This document shows, piece after piece, positions 40,577 to 49,012 of a stretch of DNA of 64,000 nt. A program made the position numbers and the translations under genes. The notes beneath the pieces are model-generated. The model was not told where the DNA came from. It worked only from the letters and a program-made list of their open reading frames with translations, and did not search any database. Source of the stretch: Candidatus Aphodenecus pullistercoris (GTDB lineage: Bacteria; Spirochaetota; Spirochaetia; Sphaerochaetales; Sphaerochaetaceae); the NCBI GenBank assembly GCA_017694495.1, contig JADIMU010000009.1, positions 3,404 to 67,403 of the forward strand, given 5' to 3'. The number at the start of each line of letters is the position of its first letter. Positions within the stretch are counted from its first letter, which is position 1.

Positions 40577-41863
40577 CTAACCTATGTTCATGCTCTCTTC
40601 GATGTAGTTCACGCTCTCCCTCTTGCGGTCGACGAGACCCGCTATCGTCAGCGGGCCGACGCGGCCGACGAACATGAGGACGATGAGGATGCCGCGGCTG
40701 AGGAGCGTGAGGCTAGGCGTGAGCGCGCAGCTCAGGCCGACCGTCGCATAGGCCGAGACGACCTCGTAGATCAGGAAGAGCGGATTGACCTCCTCCTCGA
40801 TCGCCATCAGCGCCAGCGAGGAGAGGCATACGATGCATATCGAGATCAGGAAGACGGCGAAGGCCTTGTTGACGCTCTCGCCGCTGATCCGCCTCTTGAA
40901 GGCGACGGGATTCGTCCTCCTGATGATCGAGGCGAAGGTCAGGACGACGACGAAGAAGGTCGTCGTCTTGATACCGCCACCGGTGGATCCCGGTGAGGCT
41001 CCGATGAACATCAGGATGACGGTCAGGAAGAGGATGTAGTGGCCCTGCTCCACCTGGGGCACGCTCTCGAAGCCTGCGGTACGCGCCGTGACGGACTGGA
41101 AGAAGCTGTTGGCCAGGTCGATGTCCCCCGTCACCCAGAAGCCCAGGGTGCCGAAGACGATCAGGAGCACTGTCGTCAGCACGACGGCCTTCGTCTGGAT
41201 GGAGAACTTGCGCGCCCGGCTGTCGATCAGGTCGGCGTAGACGAGGAAGCCCAGACCTCCCAGGATGATCAGCAAGGCGACGGTGACGAGGATGCCCGCA
41301 TTGTCGTTGAAGGTGACCAGCGAGGTGCCGAAGGTGTCGAAGCCCGCGTTGTTGAAGGCCGACACTGCGATGAAGGCCGCATGGCCCAGCGTGGGTACAG
41401 CCGAGCCGAAATAGGGATAGAAGAAGAGGAAGAGGACTATGGTTCCCAAAAGTTCGACGGTGAAGGTTATTCCCATCGTGACCTTGACCAGGTTCTTCCA
41501 GTTCTTCGTCGCGACGCCGTAGGACTCGACGATCAGGGTGCTCGAGGCCTTGCGCCTCAGAAAGAGCAGGAAGGCTGCCGCGAAGGTCGCGAAGCTCAGG
41601 CCTCCCACCTGCACGAGCAGGGCTATGAAGAAGAAGCCGACCGGCGTGAAGACGTCGGCCAGGATGACGGGCGTCAGCCCCGTCACGCAGACCGCGCTGG
41701 TCGATACGAAGAGGGAGTCGAACCAGCTGAGGCTGGCCCCCTCCCGGATCGACACTGGCAGCTTGAGCAGCACAGTCCCGGCAAGTATGACTGCCAGGAA
41801 GCTCATGAATATCTTGAATGGCGCGCTTGATGCCAATCTTCCGGCTTTTGACCGTTGGGCCAT
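40577..41863 (-). CDS. K+ uptake membrane subunit, KtrB/TrkH family
   Basis: SAVCVTGL, AFNNAGF, TARTAGF, GASPGSTGGGIKTTT, SAYATVGLS; start 41863. Confidence 0.93.
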   Translation of the reverse strand: MAQRSKAGRLASSAPFKIFMSFLAVILAGTVLLKLPVSIREGASLSWFDSLFVSTSAVCVTGLTPVILADVFTPVGFFFIALLVQVGGLSFATFAAAFLLFLRRKASSTLIVESYGVATKNWKNLVKVTMGITFTVELLGTIVLFLFFYPYFGSAVPTLGHAAFIAVSAFNNAGFDTFGTSLVTFNDNAGILVTVALLIILGGLGFLVYADLIDSRARKFSIQTKAVVLTTVLLIVFGTLGFWVTGDIDLANSFFQSVTARTAGFESVPQVEQGHYILFLTVILMFIGASPGSTGGGIKTTTFFVVVLTFASIIRRTNPVAFKRRISGESVNKAFAVFLISICIVCLSSLALMAIEEEVNPLFLIYEVVSAYATVGLSCALTPSLTLLSRGILIVLMFVGRVGPLTIAGLVDRKRESVNYIEESMNIG

Positions 41864-42849
41864 CACCTTCCCTCCCTTCTGCGGTTTCCTATCAGCAGGC
41901 CAAGGCGCTCCCTGACAGGCAGCCAGGGTCTGTCGGGATCCTTGCCATTGGCCGAGTAGTAGCAGTACCAGCTGTCCTCGCTGGGCCGGTAGGAGACTGA
42001 GCAGGAGGTGATCGATCGGCTGGCCCAACCTTCGTCGGGCGAGCTCATCAGACGGCGCACATAGCTGAAGTCCTCGCCGTCGTGCGAGCTCAGCAGCCAG
42101 ATCGAGGAGCGGCTGCGGCCGGCCTCCTCGTCGAAGCTGTAGGCGCTCTGGAAGGCCATCAGGGCATCGGGGCAGGCGACGAAACTGAAGGCGCCGGGTG
42201 CCAGGTCTGCATGCCTGTCGTCCGGGTCAAGCCTCAGAACGGGCTTCTGCCTGACCTCGTAGTCGGCGTTGATGAAGCCGCTGCACGCGTAGGACAGACA
42301 GGCGCTGGCCTTCTGTCCGCTGTCGTACATCTTCAGCTCCGATGCCGTGAAGTAGAGGCGGTAACCGCCTTCCCAGGGCACTATCTGGGGATGGGCCAGG
42401 CGTGGGACGGAGAAGTCCGACGCATAGGGCACATCCGCGGCGGATAGTATCATCTGGGGACTCGACCAGTTCCTGAGGTCGCTCGAGCTCATCATCCAGA
42501 TGCGGGATATCGTCCGCTTCCGGTCGAGCCTGATGGAACCTGAATAGTCCCTGTCATGGGACTCGTAGACGAGGTGCCAAGTGTTCCTCTCCCTGTAGAG
42601 CGAGGGATAGTGGCCGCGCAGCGCGACCAGCGAGACCTTGCTCCAGTCGAAGCCGGAGGGGGAGCTGTAGTGCTCTATTCCCATCCAGCTGTGGGCGAAG
42701 AGGTGCCACAGGCCGTCGGGCGAATCCTCAGGCAGGAGGACGGCCGGGGCCGAGAGCCTCATCTCGTACCAGGGGCTCTGCCAGATGGCCCACTCGCTGT
42801 AGGAGGACCATACGGCATTGGTAAGACTGGTGGAGTCGGGCAGTCTCAT
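41863..42849 (-). CDS. Hypothetical protein, possible GH43/GH32-like beta-propeller
   Basis: Blade-like repeats (WHLFAH, WHLVYES, YRLYFT, WYCYYS). Confidence 0.6.
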   Translation of the reverse strand: MRLPDSTSLTNAVWSSYSEWAIWQSPWYEMRLSAPAVLLPEDSPDGLWHLFAHSWMGIEHYSSPSGFDWSKVSLVALRGHYPSLYRERNTWHLVYESHDRDYSGSIRLDRKRTISRIWMMSSSDLRNWSSPQMILSAADVPYASDFSVPRLAHPQIVPWEGGYRLYFTASELKMYDSGQKASACLSYACSGFINADYEVRQKPVLRLDPDDRHADLAPGAFSFVACPDALMAFQSAYSFDEEAGRSRSSIWLLSSHDGEDFSYVRRLMSSPDEGWASRSITSCSVSYRPSEDSWYCYYSANGKDPDRPWLPVRERLGLLIGNRRREGR

Positions 42850-42852
42850 CTA

Positions 42853-43146
42853 TCAGTCCGTCTTGCCCCTTCTGTTCCTTCCACCAGAAAAGAGCGGGTC
42901 CATCTTGTCCTCAAGATTGAAGCGCTTGTTCAGCCATTTGACCAGCTTCGAATAGGTGAAGAAGGAGAGCACGATCACACCAAGGAAGACCAGGATGATC
43001 AGTGCAGGGATGAGGGGCGACTCGGGGAAGGCTCCCGCCAGAGCGTTCAGCAGCAGGAGGCCGACCACGCAGAAGACCAGGAGGATCACGACGTTGACTA
43101 TCGTCGCGATGACCATAAAGATGAGAGAGTTGGTTTTCTTGCTCAT
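42853..43146 (-). CDS. Small two-TM membrane protein
   Basis: SD GGAG; two hydrophobic helices and a basic tail. Confidence 0.75.
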   Translation of the reverse strand: MSKKTNSLIFMVIATIVNVVILLVFCVVGLLLLNALAGAFPESPLIPALIILVFLGVIVLSFFTYSKLVKWLNKRFNLEDKMDPLFSGGRNRRGKTD

Positions 43147-43195
43147 TCTATCTCCAGAAAGCGACTATATTCCACAAAAAGGCCAAAAACAACGT

Positions 43196-43699
43196 TCAGG
43201 CCTTCTTATGATTGAAAAGTAATAGAATTGCCAAAAGAATTACAGAACATACGACTGCAGCGTCCGCCAGGTTCCAGGTGGGGAAGTAGTCCATCCCGAA
43301 AAGCCCATACATGCGCACCGAGACCCAGTCGACGACCCTGAGCGAGCGGAAGATGCGGTCGATGAGGTTGCCCACTCCCCCTCCGACGATGCCGGCCAGG
43401 CACCACCTCTCCAGCGCCGTCAGCTCCCCATCGTAGCGCTTCGAGACGATCAGGAAGGACAGGAAGGAGACGAGCACGATGGGCAGGACGATGAAGAGCG
43501 CGACCTTCACAGGCAGCTCGAGCGAGCTGCCCAGCGAGAAGGCCACAGCATCGTTGCGCACATGGACTATCCTCAGGAAGCCCGAGAGGAAGCTGTGGCC
43601 GACTGTGCCCTCCGGTATCGTCATGACGATCCACATTTTGGTCAGCTGGTCGGCCAGGATGACGGCCAACGACAGGATGAAGGGCTTGAGACGGGCCAT
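43196..43699 (-). CDS. lspA: Lipoprotein signal peptidase II
   Basis: DQLTK, RNDAVAFS, GNLIDR, VVDW, FPTWNLAD; start 43699. Confidence 0.93.
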   Translation of the reverse strand: MARLKPFILSLAVILADQLTKMWIVMTIPEGTVGHSFLSGFLRIVHVRNDAVAFSLGSSLELPVKVALFIVLPIVLVSFLSFLIVSKRYDGELTALERWCLAGIVGGGVGNLIDRIFRSLRVVDWVSVRMYGLFGMDYFPTWNLADAAVVCSVILLAILLLFNHKKA

Positions 43700-44457
43700 C
43701 ACAGGGCGGTCTTCCTGTCGATGAAGACGGTCTCGAGGCCGTACTCCTTCTCGAGGAAGCGGCCGACGGCCTTCACACCGAAGACCTCGCTCTGGTAGTG
43801 GCCACCACAGACCATGTTCATGCCGCGCTCGAGGAGCGTGTGGTAGAGCTCGTGTGAGCACTCTCCCGTGATGTAGCAGTCAAGTCCCTCGTCCATCGCC
43901 TGGTGGACATCGTCGGCCGCCCCGCCTGATATGATGCCCACAGTCCTGACCATCTCCTTGCCGAAGGGCAGGATCCTCAGGCCCCATTCCACACTGAAGC
44001 CCAGCAGGCGGGCGATCTCCTGACAGTCCATCTCGAAGGGCAGCTCGCCCTTGAAGCCGATGTACTGGCCGTGGTAGAGGCCGAAGGGATCGTAGCCCTT
44101 CATGCCCAGCGAGAGGCACATCTGGGCGTTGTTGCCCAGAACGGGATGGGCGTCCAGGGGAAGATGGCATGCGTAGAGTCCCACGTCGGCGTCGAGCAGG
44201 GTCTTCACCCTCTTGTAGTGGATGCCGCTGACCGCGATCGGCTGGCCCCAGAAGAGTCCATGGTGGACGAAGAGGAGCTGGGCGCCCTCCTCGACTGCGG
44301 CGTCGATGCTTGCCTGGCACGCGTCGACGGCCAGGGCGACCTTTGTGATCTCGCGCTCGGGACAGCATGCGACCTGCACCCCATTGAGCGAGATGTCGTT
44401 GAAGTCGGAAATCTTCAGCGTAGAGCGGAGGATTCCGTCGAGTTCGTCTAGTCTCAT
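43699..44457 (-). CDS. Nif3-like dinuclear metal-centre protein
   Basis: NGVQV, VHHGLFW, CHLPLDAH, GGHYQSE. Confidence 0.92.
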   Translation of the reverse strand: MRLDELDGILRSTLKISDFNDISLNGVQVACCPEREITKVALAVDACQASIDAAVEEGAQLLFVHHGLFWGQPIAVSGIHYKRVKTLLDADVGLYACHLPLDAHPVLGNNAQMCLSLGMKGYDPFGLYHGQYIGFKGELPFEMDCQEIARLLGFSVEWGLRILPFGKEMVRTVGIISGGAADDVHQAMDEGLDCYITGECSHELYHTLLERGMNMVCGGHYQSEVFGVKAVGRFLEKEYGLETVFIDRKTAL

Positions 44458-44524
44458 AGCAAAGGGATTATAACGCAAGGACGGCGCCAAAGGACAGGCC
44501 CGGGCGACGTACGATTTGACGTAC

Positions 44525-44697
44525 ATTTCACAGGCCGTCCACTACAACTTCATGGACAACCTATAGCTTAGTGGACAAGAACAAGGGCTAGTCCCCGACA
44601 CAAGACAAGCGAAAAGGAAGCTGGCACAGCCGGAGGTGCGACTCTGCGGAAACTTGGCACCCGATATGGCTCTCACCTAAGCTTCTTTTCCTGTCTT
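44525..44697. repeat. ~173-bp structured direct repeat, copy 1
   Basis: Near-identical to 46238-46410; differences cluster in short patches. Confidence 0.95.
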
Positions 44698-44735
44698 CAG
44701 GGGCCCAAACCTCCTTCTGAAAGAAAAATATTACA

Positions 44736-44764
44736 TTGATTTGCTCAAGAAAGTTGCGTAGAAT
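44736..44764 (+). promoter_or_regulatory. Sigma70-type promoter of the abiE operon
   Basis: TTGATT-N17-TAGAAT. Confidence 0.65.
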
Positions 44765-44783
44765 GCAACTTGAGAGAGCAAAA

Positions 44784-45371
44784 ATGACATTTTCGACCAG
44801 CGAGCTCCTACTGAAATACGCTTCATACGGCGACGCCAAGGGCAAGATCAGGCGTCTCGTCGCTTCAGGCGGTCTGATTCCTGTGGCACGTGGAGTCTAC
44901 GAGAACGACAGGGCTACGGACCCCATCTGGCTCGCACCCTGGATCTGCTCCCCTTCCTACCTTTCCTTCGACTATGTGCTCCACATCCACGACCTCATAC
45001 CGGAAGCCGTCGTGGTCTACACCTGCGCCACATGCGGGAAACGGCACAGCAGGACATGCACGAACGCCTTCGGTACATACACATTCCGCGATGTCCCGCT
45101 GCAGGCCTTTGCCCAAGGAGTCGAGGCAAGGACGGCAGAGGGTCGAAGCTGTCTGGTCGCAAGCTGCGAGAAGGCCCTTTGCGACAAGCTCTACACGCTT
45201 TCTCCGGTCAGGAACATCAGTTCGCTCGAAGCGCTGCTCTTCGAGGATCTGCGCATCGATGAGGAGGCTTTCTGGGCACTCAATCTGGAAGACCTCAAAG
45301 CTCTGGCACCACTCTACCATTCCACAAACCTCGACCGCCTGGCCCGCATGATCGCAAGGAGGAGGAAATGA
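44784..45371 (+). CDS. Type IV TA antitoxin, AbiEi-like
   Basis: wHTH LIPVARGVYE, PSYLSFDYVL, ASCEKALCD; ATGA overlap with the toxin gene. Confidence 0.85.
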   Translation: MTFSTSELLLKYASYGDAKGKIRRLVASGGLIPVARGVYENDRATDPIWLAPWICSPSYLSFDYVLHIHDLIPEAVVVYTCATCGKRHSRTCTNAFGTYTFRDVPLQAFAQGVEARTAEGRSCLVASCEKALCDKLYTLSPVRNISSLEALLFEDLRIDEEAFWALNLEDLKALAPLYHSTNLDRLARMIARRRK

Positions 45372-46237
45372 CCGACATCGTCACACAGATGCTCTCGCCC
45401 TACAAGGCCACTACTGTCGATGAGAAAAGGATGGCGCTCAAGGAAGTCATCCAGAACACCATCCTGTGCGCTCTGGCCACAGATGGCTTCTTTTCCCATG
45501 CCGCTTTTTTTGGAGGAACTGCATTGCGGATCTTCCATGGCCTCGACCGCTTCTCCGAAGACCTCGACTTCGCCCTGCTCCAGAAGGATCCCGACTACGA
45601 CATCTCGCAGCACTTCAGCGCCATCAGGAAGACACTCGAGGCCCTTGGTCTGGAATGCGAAGTCACGGTGAAACAGAAGAACGTGGAGACATATGAGGCC
45701 ACAGCCTATGTGAAATGCAAGGCCCGATAGCTCCTGTCCACCTGGTATCCGGACAGCGTCATGCAGGTACCGTACAACGAGCCCATGAAGATACGCCTGG
45801 AGGTCGATACCAATCCACCCGGCGCTTTCGGCTGCGAGTTCAAGGCCCTTCTCCTGCCAAGCCCTTGCAAGATCAGGCTATACGATGTCCCATCCCTCTT
45901 CGCAGGAAAGATCCATGCCCTTCTTTGCCGGAAGAGGACGCGCGTCAAAGGCCGCGACATATACGACTACATCTTCCATCTCTCCAGAGGTGCTGGGGTG
46001 AACATGCGCCACCTGAAGGCGAAGCTCGCATCCTCAAAGTTCATCGAGAGCGGTTGTGACATCGACCTGTCCTGGCTCATCGAGGCTCTGGAGAAGCGCT
46101 TCCAGCAGATCGACTTCAGCCAGGCGAAGGATGACGTCAGACCCTTCATCAAGGATTCCACCCAGCTCGACGTCTGGAGCGCCGACTTCCTCAGCCTCGC
46201 GACGAGGCAATACCTGAAGGAAGCACATCTTCCATGA
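45368..46237 (+). pseudogene. Type IV TA toxin, AbiEii-like nucleotidyltransferase, with an in-frame TAG
   Basis: FFGGTALRIFHGLDRFSEDLDF, KIHALL..KGRDIYD; the two ORFs share a frame, TAG at 45728-45730. Confidence 0.85.
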
Positions 46238-46410
46238 ATTTCACAGGCCGTCCACCAGAACTTCATGGACAGACTCTAAATTAGTGGACAAGAGCAAGGG
46301 ACCTGTGTCCCGACACAAGACAAGCGAAAAGGAAGCTGGCACAGCCGGAGGTGCGATTCTGCGGAAACTTGGCACCCGATATGGCTCGCCAATGCTTCTT
46401 TTCCTGTCTT
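46238..46410. repeat. ~173-bp structured direct repeat, copy 2
   Basis: Starts at the base after the abiEii stop codon. Confidence 0.95.
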
Positions 46411-46438
46411 TTGAGCTCCAAGTCTGGCCAGCCATCCT

Positions 46439-47638
46439 CTATCCGACAGCAAAAGCGGTTTCCATTAGGGGAATCTCATGTCCTAGGCCCAGTTCCCTGG
46501 CCTCCTGCTTCCAGAAGGAAACAGCATCAAGGACAGAATCGACGACCTCATCAGCATTGTCCTGGGCAAACAATGGAGACAGTGACTTGATCAAAGACAT
46601 GTCGAGCTCATGAAGCCCTTCAGTGATGGCAAGTGCGCTGGCCCTGCCGTGGACAGATGCGTTGATGTCATAGGCGGGAGCCAGTCTCCATCCATCCTGC
46701 GTGAGGAGGAAGGCGTGGTTGCGCAAATGGTTGTCCGTATTGTTGACGGAAGCGAAAAAGACTAGACGACGGAAAAGTTCATGAAGGTCATCCTGCGGAG
46801 CGACGGAACACATTGAGACGAGTTCGGCCAGATCCAGGAAGCTGGCATCCTCCGTCCGTGGATACAGAAGGCAATGGGCTGAAGCCATATGGATTCGGCT
46901 GTCCCCATCCCTGTCGAAGCGTCTGGACAGAAGGACATGCCGACCATCATGGCCAGGGATGGTCATGGTCTGGGCAGTGTGGATTCCAGCCCTTCGCGCA
47001 AGGCGCATGACGAGCTCCTCCCATAGCCCGACATCATAAGTGTCGTGGAGGGCTGGCAACTTCGCAATCCAAAGCGTTCCATCGTCATCGACGACATTGA
47101 TTTTGGGTCTCGCACCTCCAAGTGACGATGACGACGAGAAGAAGGCATCCAGCCAAAAAGCCTCAACTCCATTCTCCTCATAATCGCGCAGGAGAGTCGA
47201 GAATGAGGCGAGCTGCGACAAAGGGGGAACAGAATCCGGGGATTCGGATACAGCCTTGCCAGCCTCATCAAAGAATCGGAGAGCACCCATTCTGGTACGG
47301 TCATCAACTCCTACCAGGAAATCCCAGGTGGTGCATGTCCTCACAGCCTGCCCAGCCTTTCTCAGCATCCGGGAATGCCTGCGCTCGATCAGCGTACGAC
47401 CCCAGCGGTCAGGAATGCTGTCGATGATGAACGGAAAATCCAGGTTCCGGCTGAAAACGGAAGGGGCAAGCGCAGTCACATTGTCAAGGGGCTGAGTCCA
47501 GTTGCCAGACAACCAACCTGGGTCGAAATTGAAGCGGTAACGGTCACCACGTCCCGGAATGCTGTCCCTTTGCAGCTCTCCGACAGTTCGGGGTTCAGGC
47601 AGGAAGTCGAAAGCCGCGACCACAGTGAGAGTCCTCAT
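46439..47638 (-). CDS. HipA-family kinase toxin
   Basis: PDRWGR, SLGGARPK, WIAK, NTDNHLRNH, LAPAYD. Confidence 0.92.
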   Translation of the reverse strand: MRTLTVVAAFDFLPEPRTVGELQRDSIPGRGDRYRFNFDPGWLSGNWTQPLDNVTALAPSVFSRNLDFPFIIDSIPDRWGRTLIERRHSRMLRKAGQAVRTCTTWDFLVGVDDRTRMGALRFFDEAGKAVSESPDSVPPLSQLASFSTLLRDYEENGVEAFWLDAFFSSSSSLGGARPKINVVDDDGTLWIAKLPALHDTYDVGLWEELVMRLARRAGIHTAQTMTIPGHDGRHVLLSRRFDRDGDSRIHMASAHCLLYPRTEDASFLDLAELVSMCSVAPQDDLHELFRRLVFFASVNNTDNHLRNHAFLLTQDGWRLAPAYDINASVHGRASALAITEGLHELDMSLIKSLSPLFAQDNADEVVDSVLDAVSFWKQEARELGLGHEIPLMETAFAVG

Positions 47639-47931
47639 CGGCTGATCTCCTCAATCTCCCGCTCACCCAAGGCTTCGATGAGCTCATCGTCACGGGCGAG
47701 GAGGAGGATGTCCTTGCCCAGTCCTATGGCGCACAGGACGGAGACATAGGCTCCTATCGACACACCAGCTTCTCCGTTCTCGATCTTCCAGAGCGTTGAG
47801 CGGGAAATCTTCGCCCTTTCGGCTACGAGGCTGGTCGAAAGCCTGCGTCTAAGACGTGCAAGCCGGATCTGGGCCCCTACCCTCCGCAACATGGCCTGTG
47901 AACGAGGATAGAGCAGGACTTCTTTCTTCAT
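47635..47931 (-). CDS. HipB-like XRE antitoxin
   Basis: IRLARLRRRLSTSLVAERAKISRSTLWKIENG; overlaps the hipA start. Confidence 0.88.
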   Translation of the reverse strand: MKKEVLLYPRSQAMLRRVGAQIRLARLRRRLSTSLVAERAKISRSTLWKIENGEAGVSIGAYVSVLCAIGLGKDILLLARDDELIEALGEREIEEISR

Positions 47932-47945
47932 GTTTCTAAAAATAC

Positions 47946-47964
47946 ACAAAACATTATGTTTTGT
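47946..47964. promoter_or_regulatory. Palindromic operator candidate for hipBA
   Basis: ACAAAACAT-T-ATGTTTTGT. Confidence 0.65.
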
Positions 47965-47982
47965 CCATCTTAAGCGACATGT

Positions 47983-48954
47983 TCACAGAAGACGCCCCAG
48001 TCTGGCATCCTGGACTCCCCAGGCCATCGAAGGACAGTCCTCACCTTTGGAAAGCCTGTCCAGGAGGATTGCGATGCCGATCTCGTCGTCGTTGAGCTCC
48101 GCCTGCCTGAAAGGATTGACGAAGACGAGGTCCTGACCCAGCGTCACATGGCTCAGCGTCAGCTGCCCATTGCCGCTGACGTGCTCCCTGTGGAAGACGA
48201 AGTCCAGGTCGCGCACGAGGCCATCGTCGCCGACGAGGCTGAGACCCCGCTGTGTGACGATCCCCTTATCTCCCCTGACCTCGATCCTCTTGCCATAGAG
48301 ACGTGAGTGGTACTGGTTCGACGAGAAGTCGTTGATGAAAAGCCTGTTTGCAAAGCGCATGAGGCGGACCTTGCGCACATAGTCCTCCCTCTCAAGGCCG
48401 GTCTCGAGGCCTGCTCGCGACGCAGTCCGGACCATGCGGGATGGGAAGTCCAGCGTCCTGACCTCGTCGGGCATCGCATCCCCAAGGCCGAGGCAGAGCC
48501 TCGCGATCGAGGCGGCGTGGTGGTTGTGGAGGCCCGACAGGTAGAGCTGGTCCACCGGGCCCACCATGGGCAAGGTTGCCAGGATGGAGGCGAAGAGCGG
48601 TGTGTACATGTACTGCTCTGCGACGGCGCCAGCCATGTCGGCAAGCGAGGCGGCCTCCTCGTCAGACAGGGAGAGGAAGGTCGTCTCGCTGAGCACACGC
48701 TCTCCCCTCTCCTTGAGGTGGAGCATCGTGGAGAGGAAGTCACGGGGACCGGAGGAGACGATGACGAGGTCGTGCTCCACAGCCAGAGCCTCGTCGAGCG
48801 CTGTGTACACTGGCACATGCCAGCATGCCAGCTCTTCCACACGCTGTGGACTATGGGTGTAGATGGATACGATCCGGAGGAGATCAGGGAGGGCTGCGCC
48901 GATGCGCAGATAGAACATCGCCCTCCAGCCTGTGCCAAGGAGTACTGCTTTCAT
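47983..48954 (-). CDS. Gfo/Idh/MocA-like oxidoreductase
   Basis: VLLGTGWRA Rossmann start, VLSET, AEQY. Confidence 0.7.
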   Translation of the reverse strand: MKAVLLGTGWRAMFYLRIGAALPDLLRIVSIYTHSPQRVEELACWHVPVYTALDEALAVEHDLVIVSSGPRDFLSTMLHLKERGERVLSETTFLSLSDEEAASLADMAGAVAEQYMYTPLFASILATLPMVGPVDQLYLSGLHNHHAASIARLCLGLGDAMPDEVRTLDFPSRMVRTASRAGLETGLEREDYVRKVRLMRFANRLFINDFSSNQYHSRLYGKRIEVRGDKGIVTQRGLSLVGDDGLVRDLDFVFHREHVSGNGQLTLSHVTLGQDLVFVNPFRQAELNDDEIGIAILLDRLSKGEDCPSMAWGVQDARLGRLL

Positions 48955-49012
48955 GGGTCCATGATAGCGGCACCGGCTACTCTTTTCCACATTCATGTAA
49001 TACACTCCAGCC

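Noticed and set aside
39328-45730. Two in-frame TAG codons suggesting amber recoding
   Set aside because: TAG is the normal stop of pgi, the Hpt gene, ktrB, lon and tnpB; both cases lie in decaying accessory genes.
44525-46410. Classical integron attC sites or CRISPR repeats
   Set aside because: No RYYYAAC/GTTRRRY cores, only two long copies, no intI or cas genes.
46241-46435. Small ORF through repeat copy 2
   Set aside because: The frame is not conserved in copy 1 and the SD spacing is implausible.
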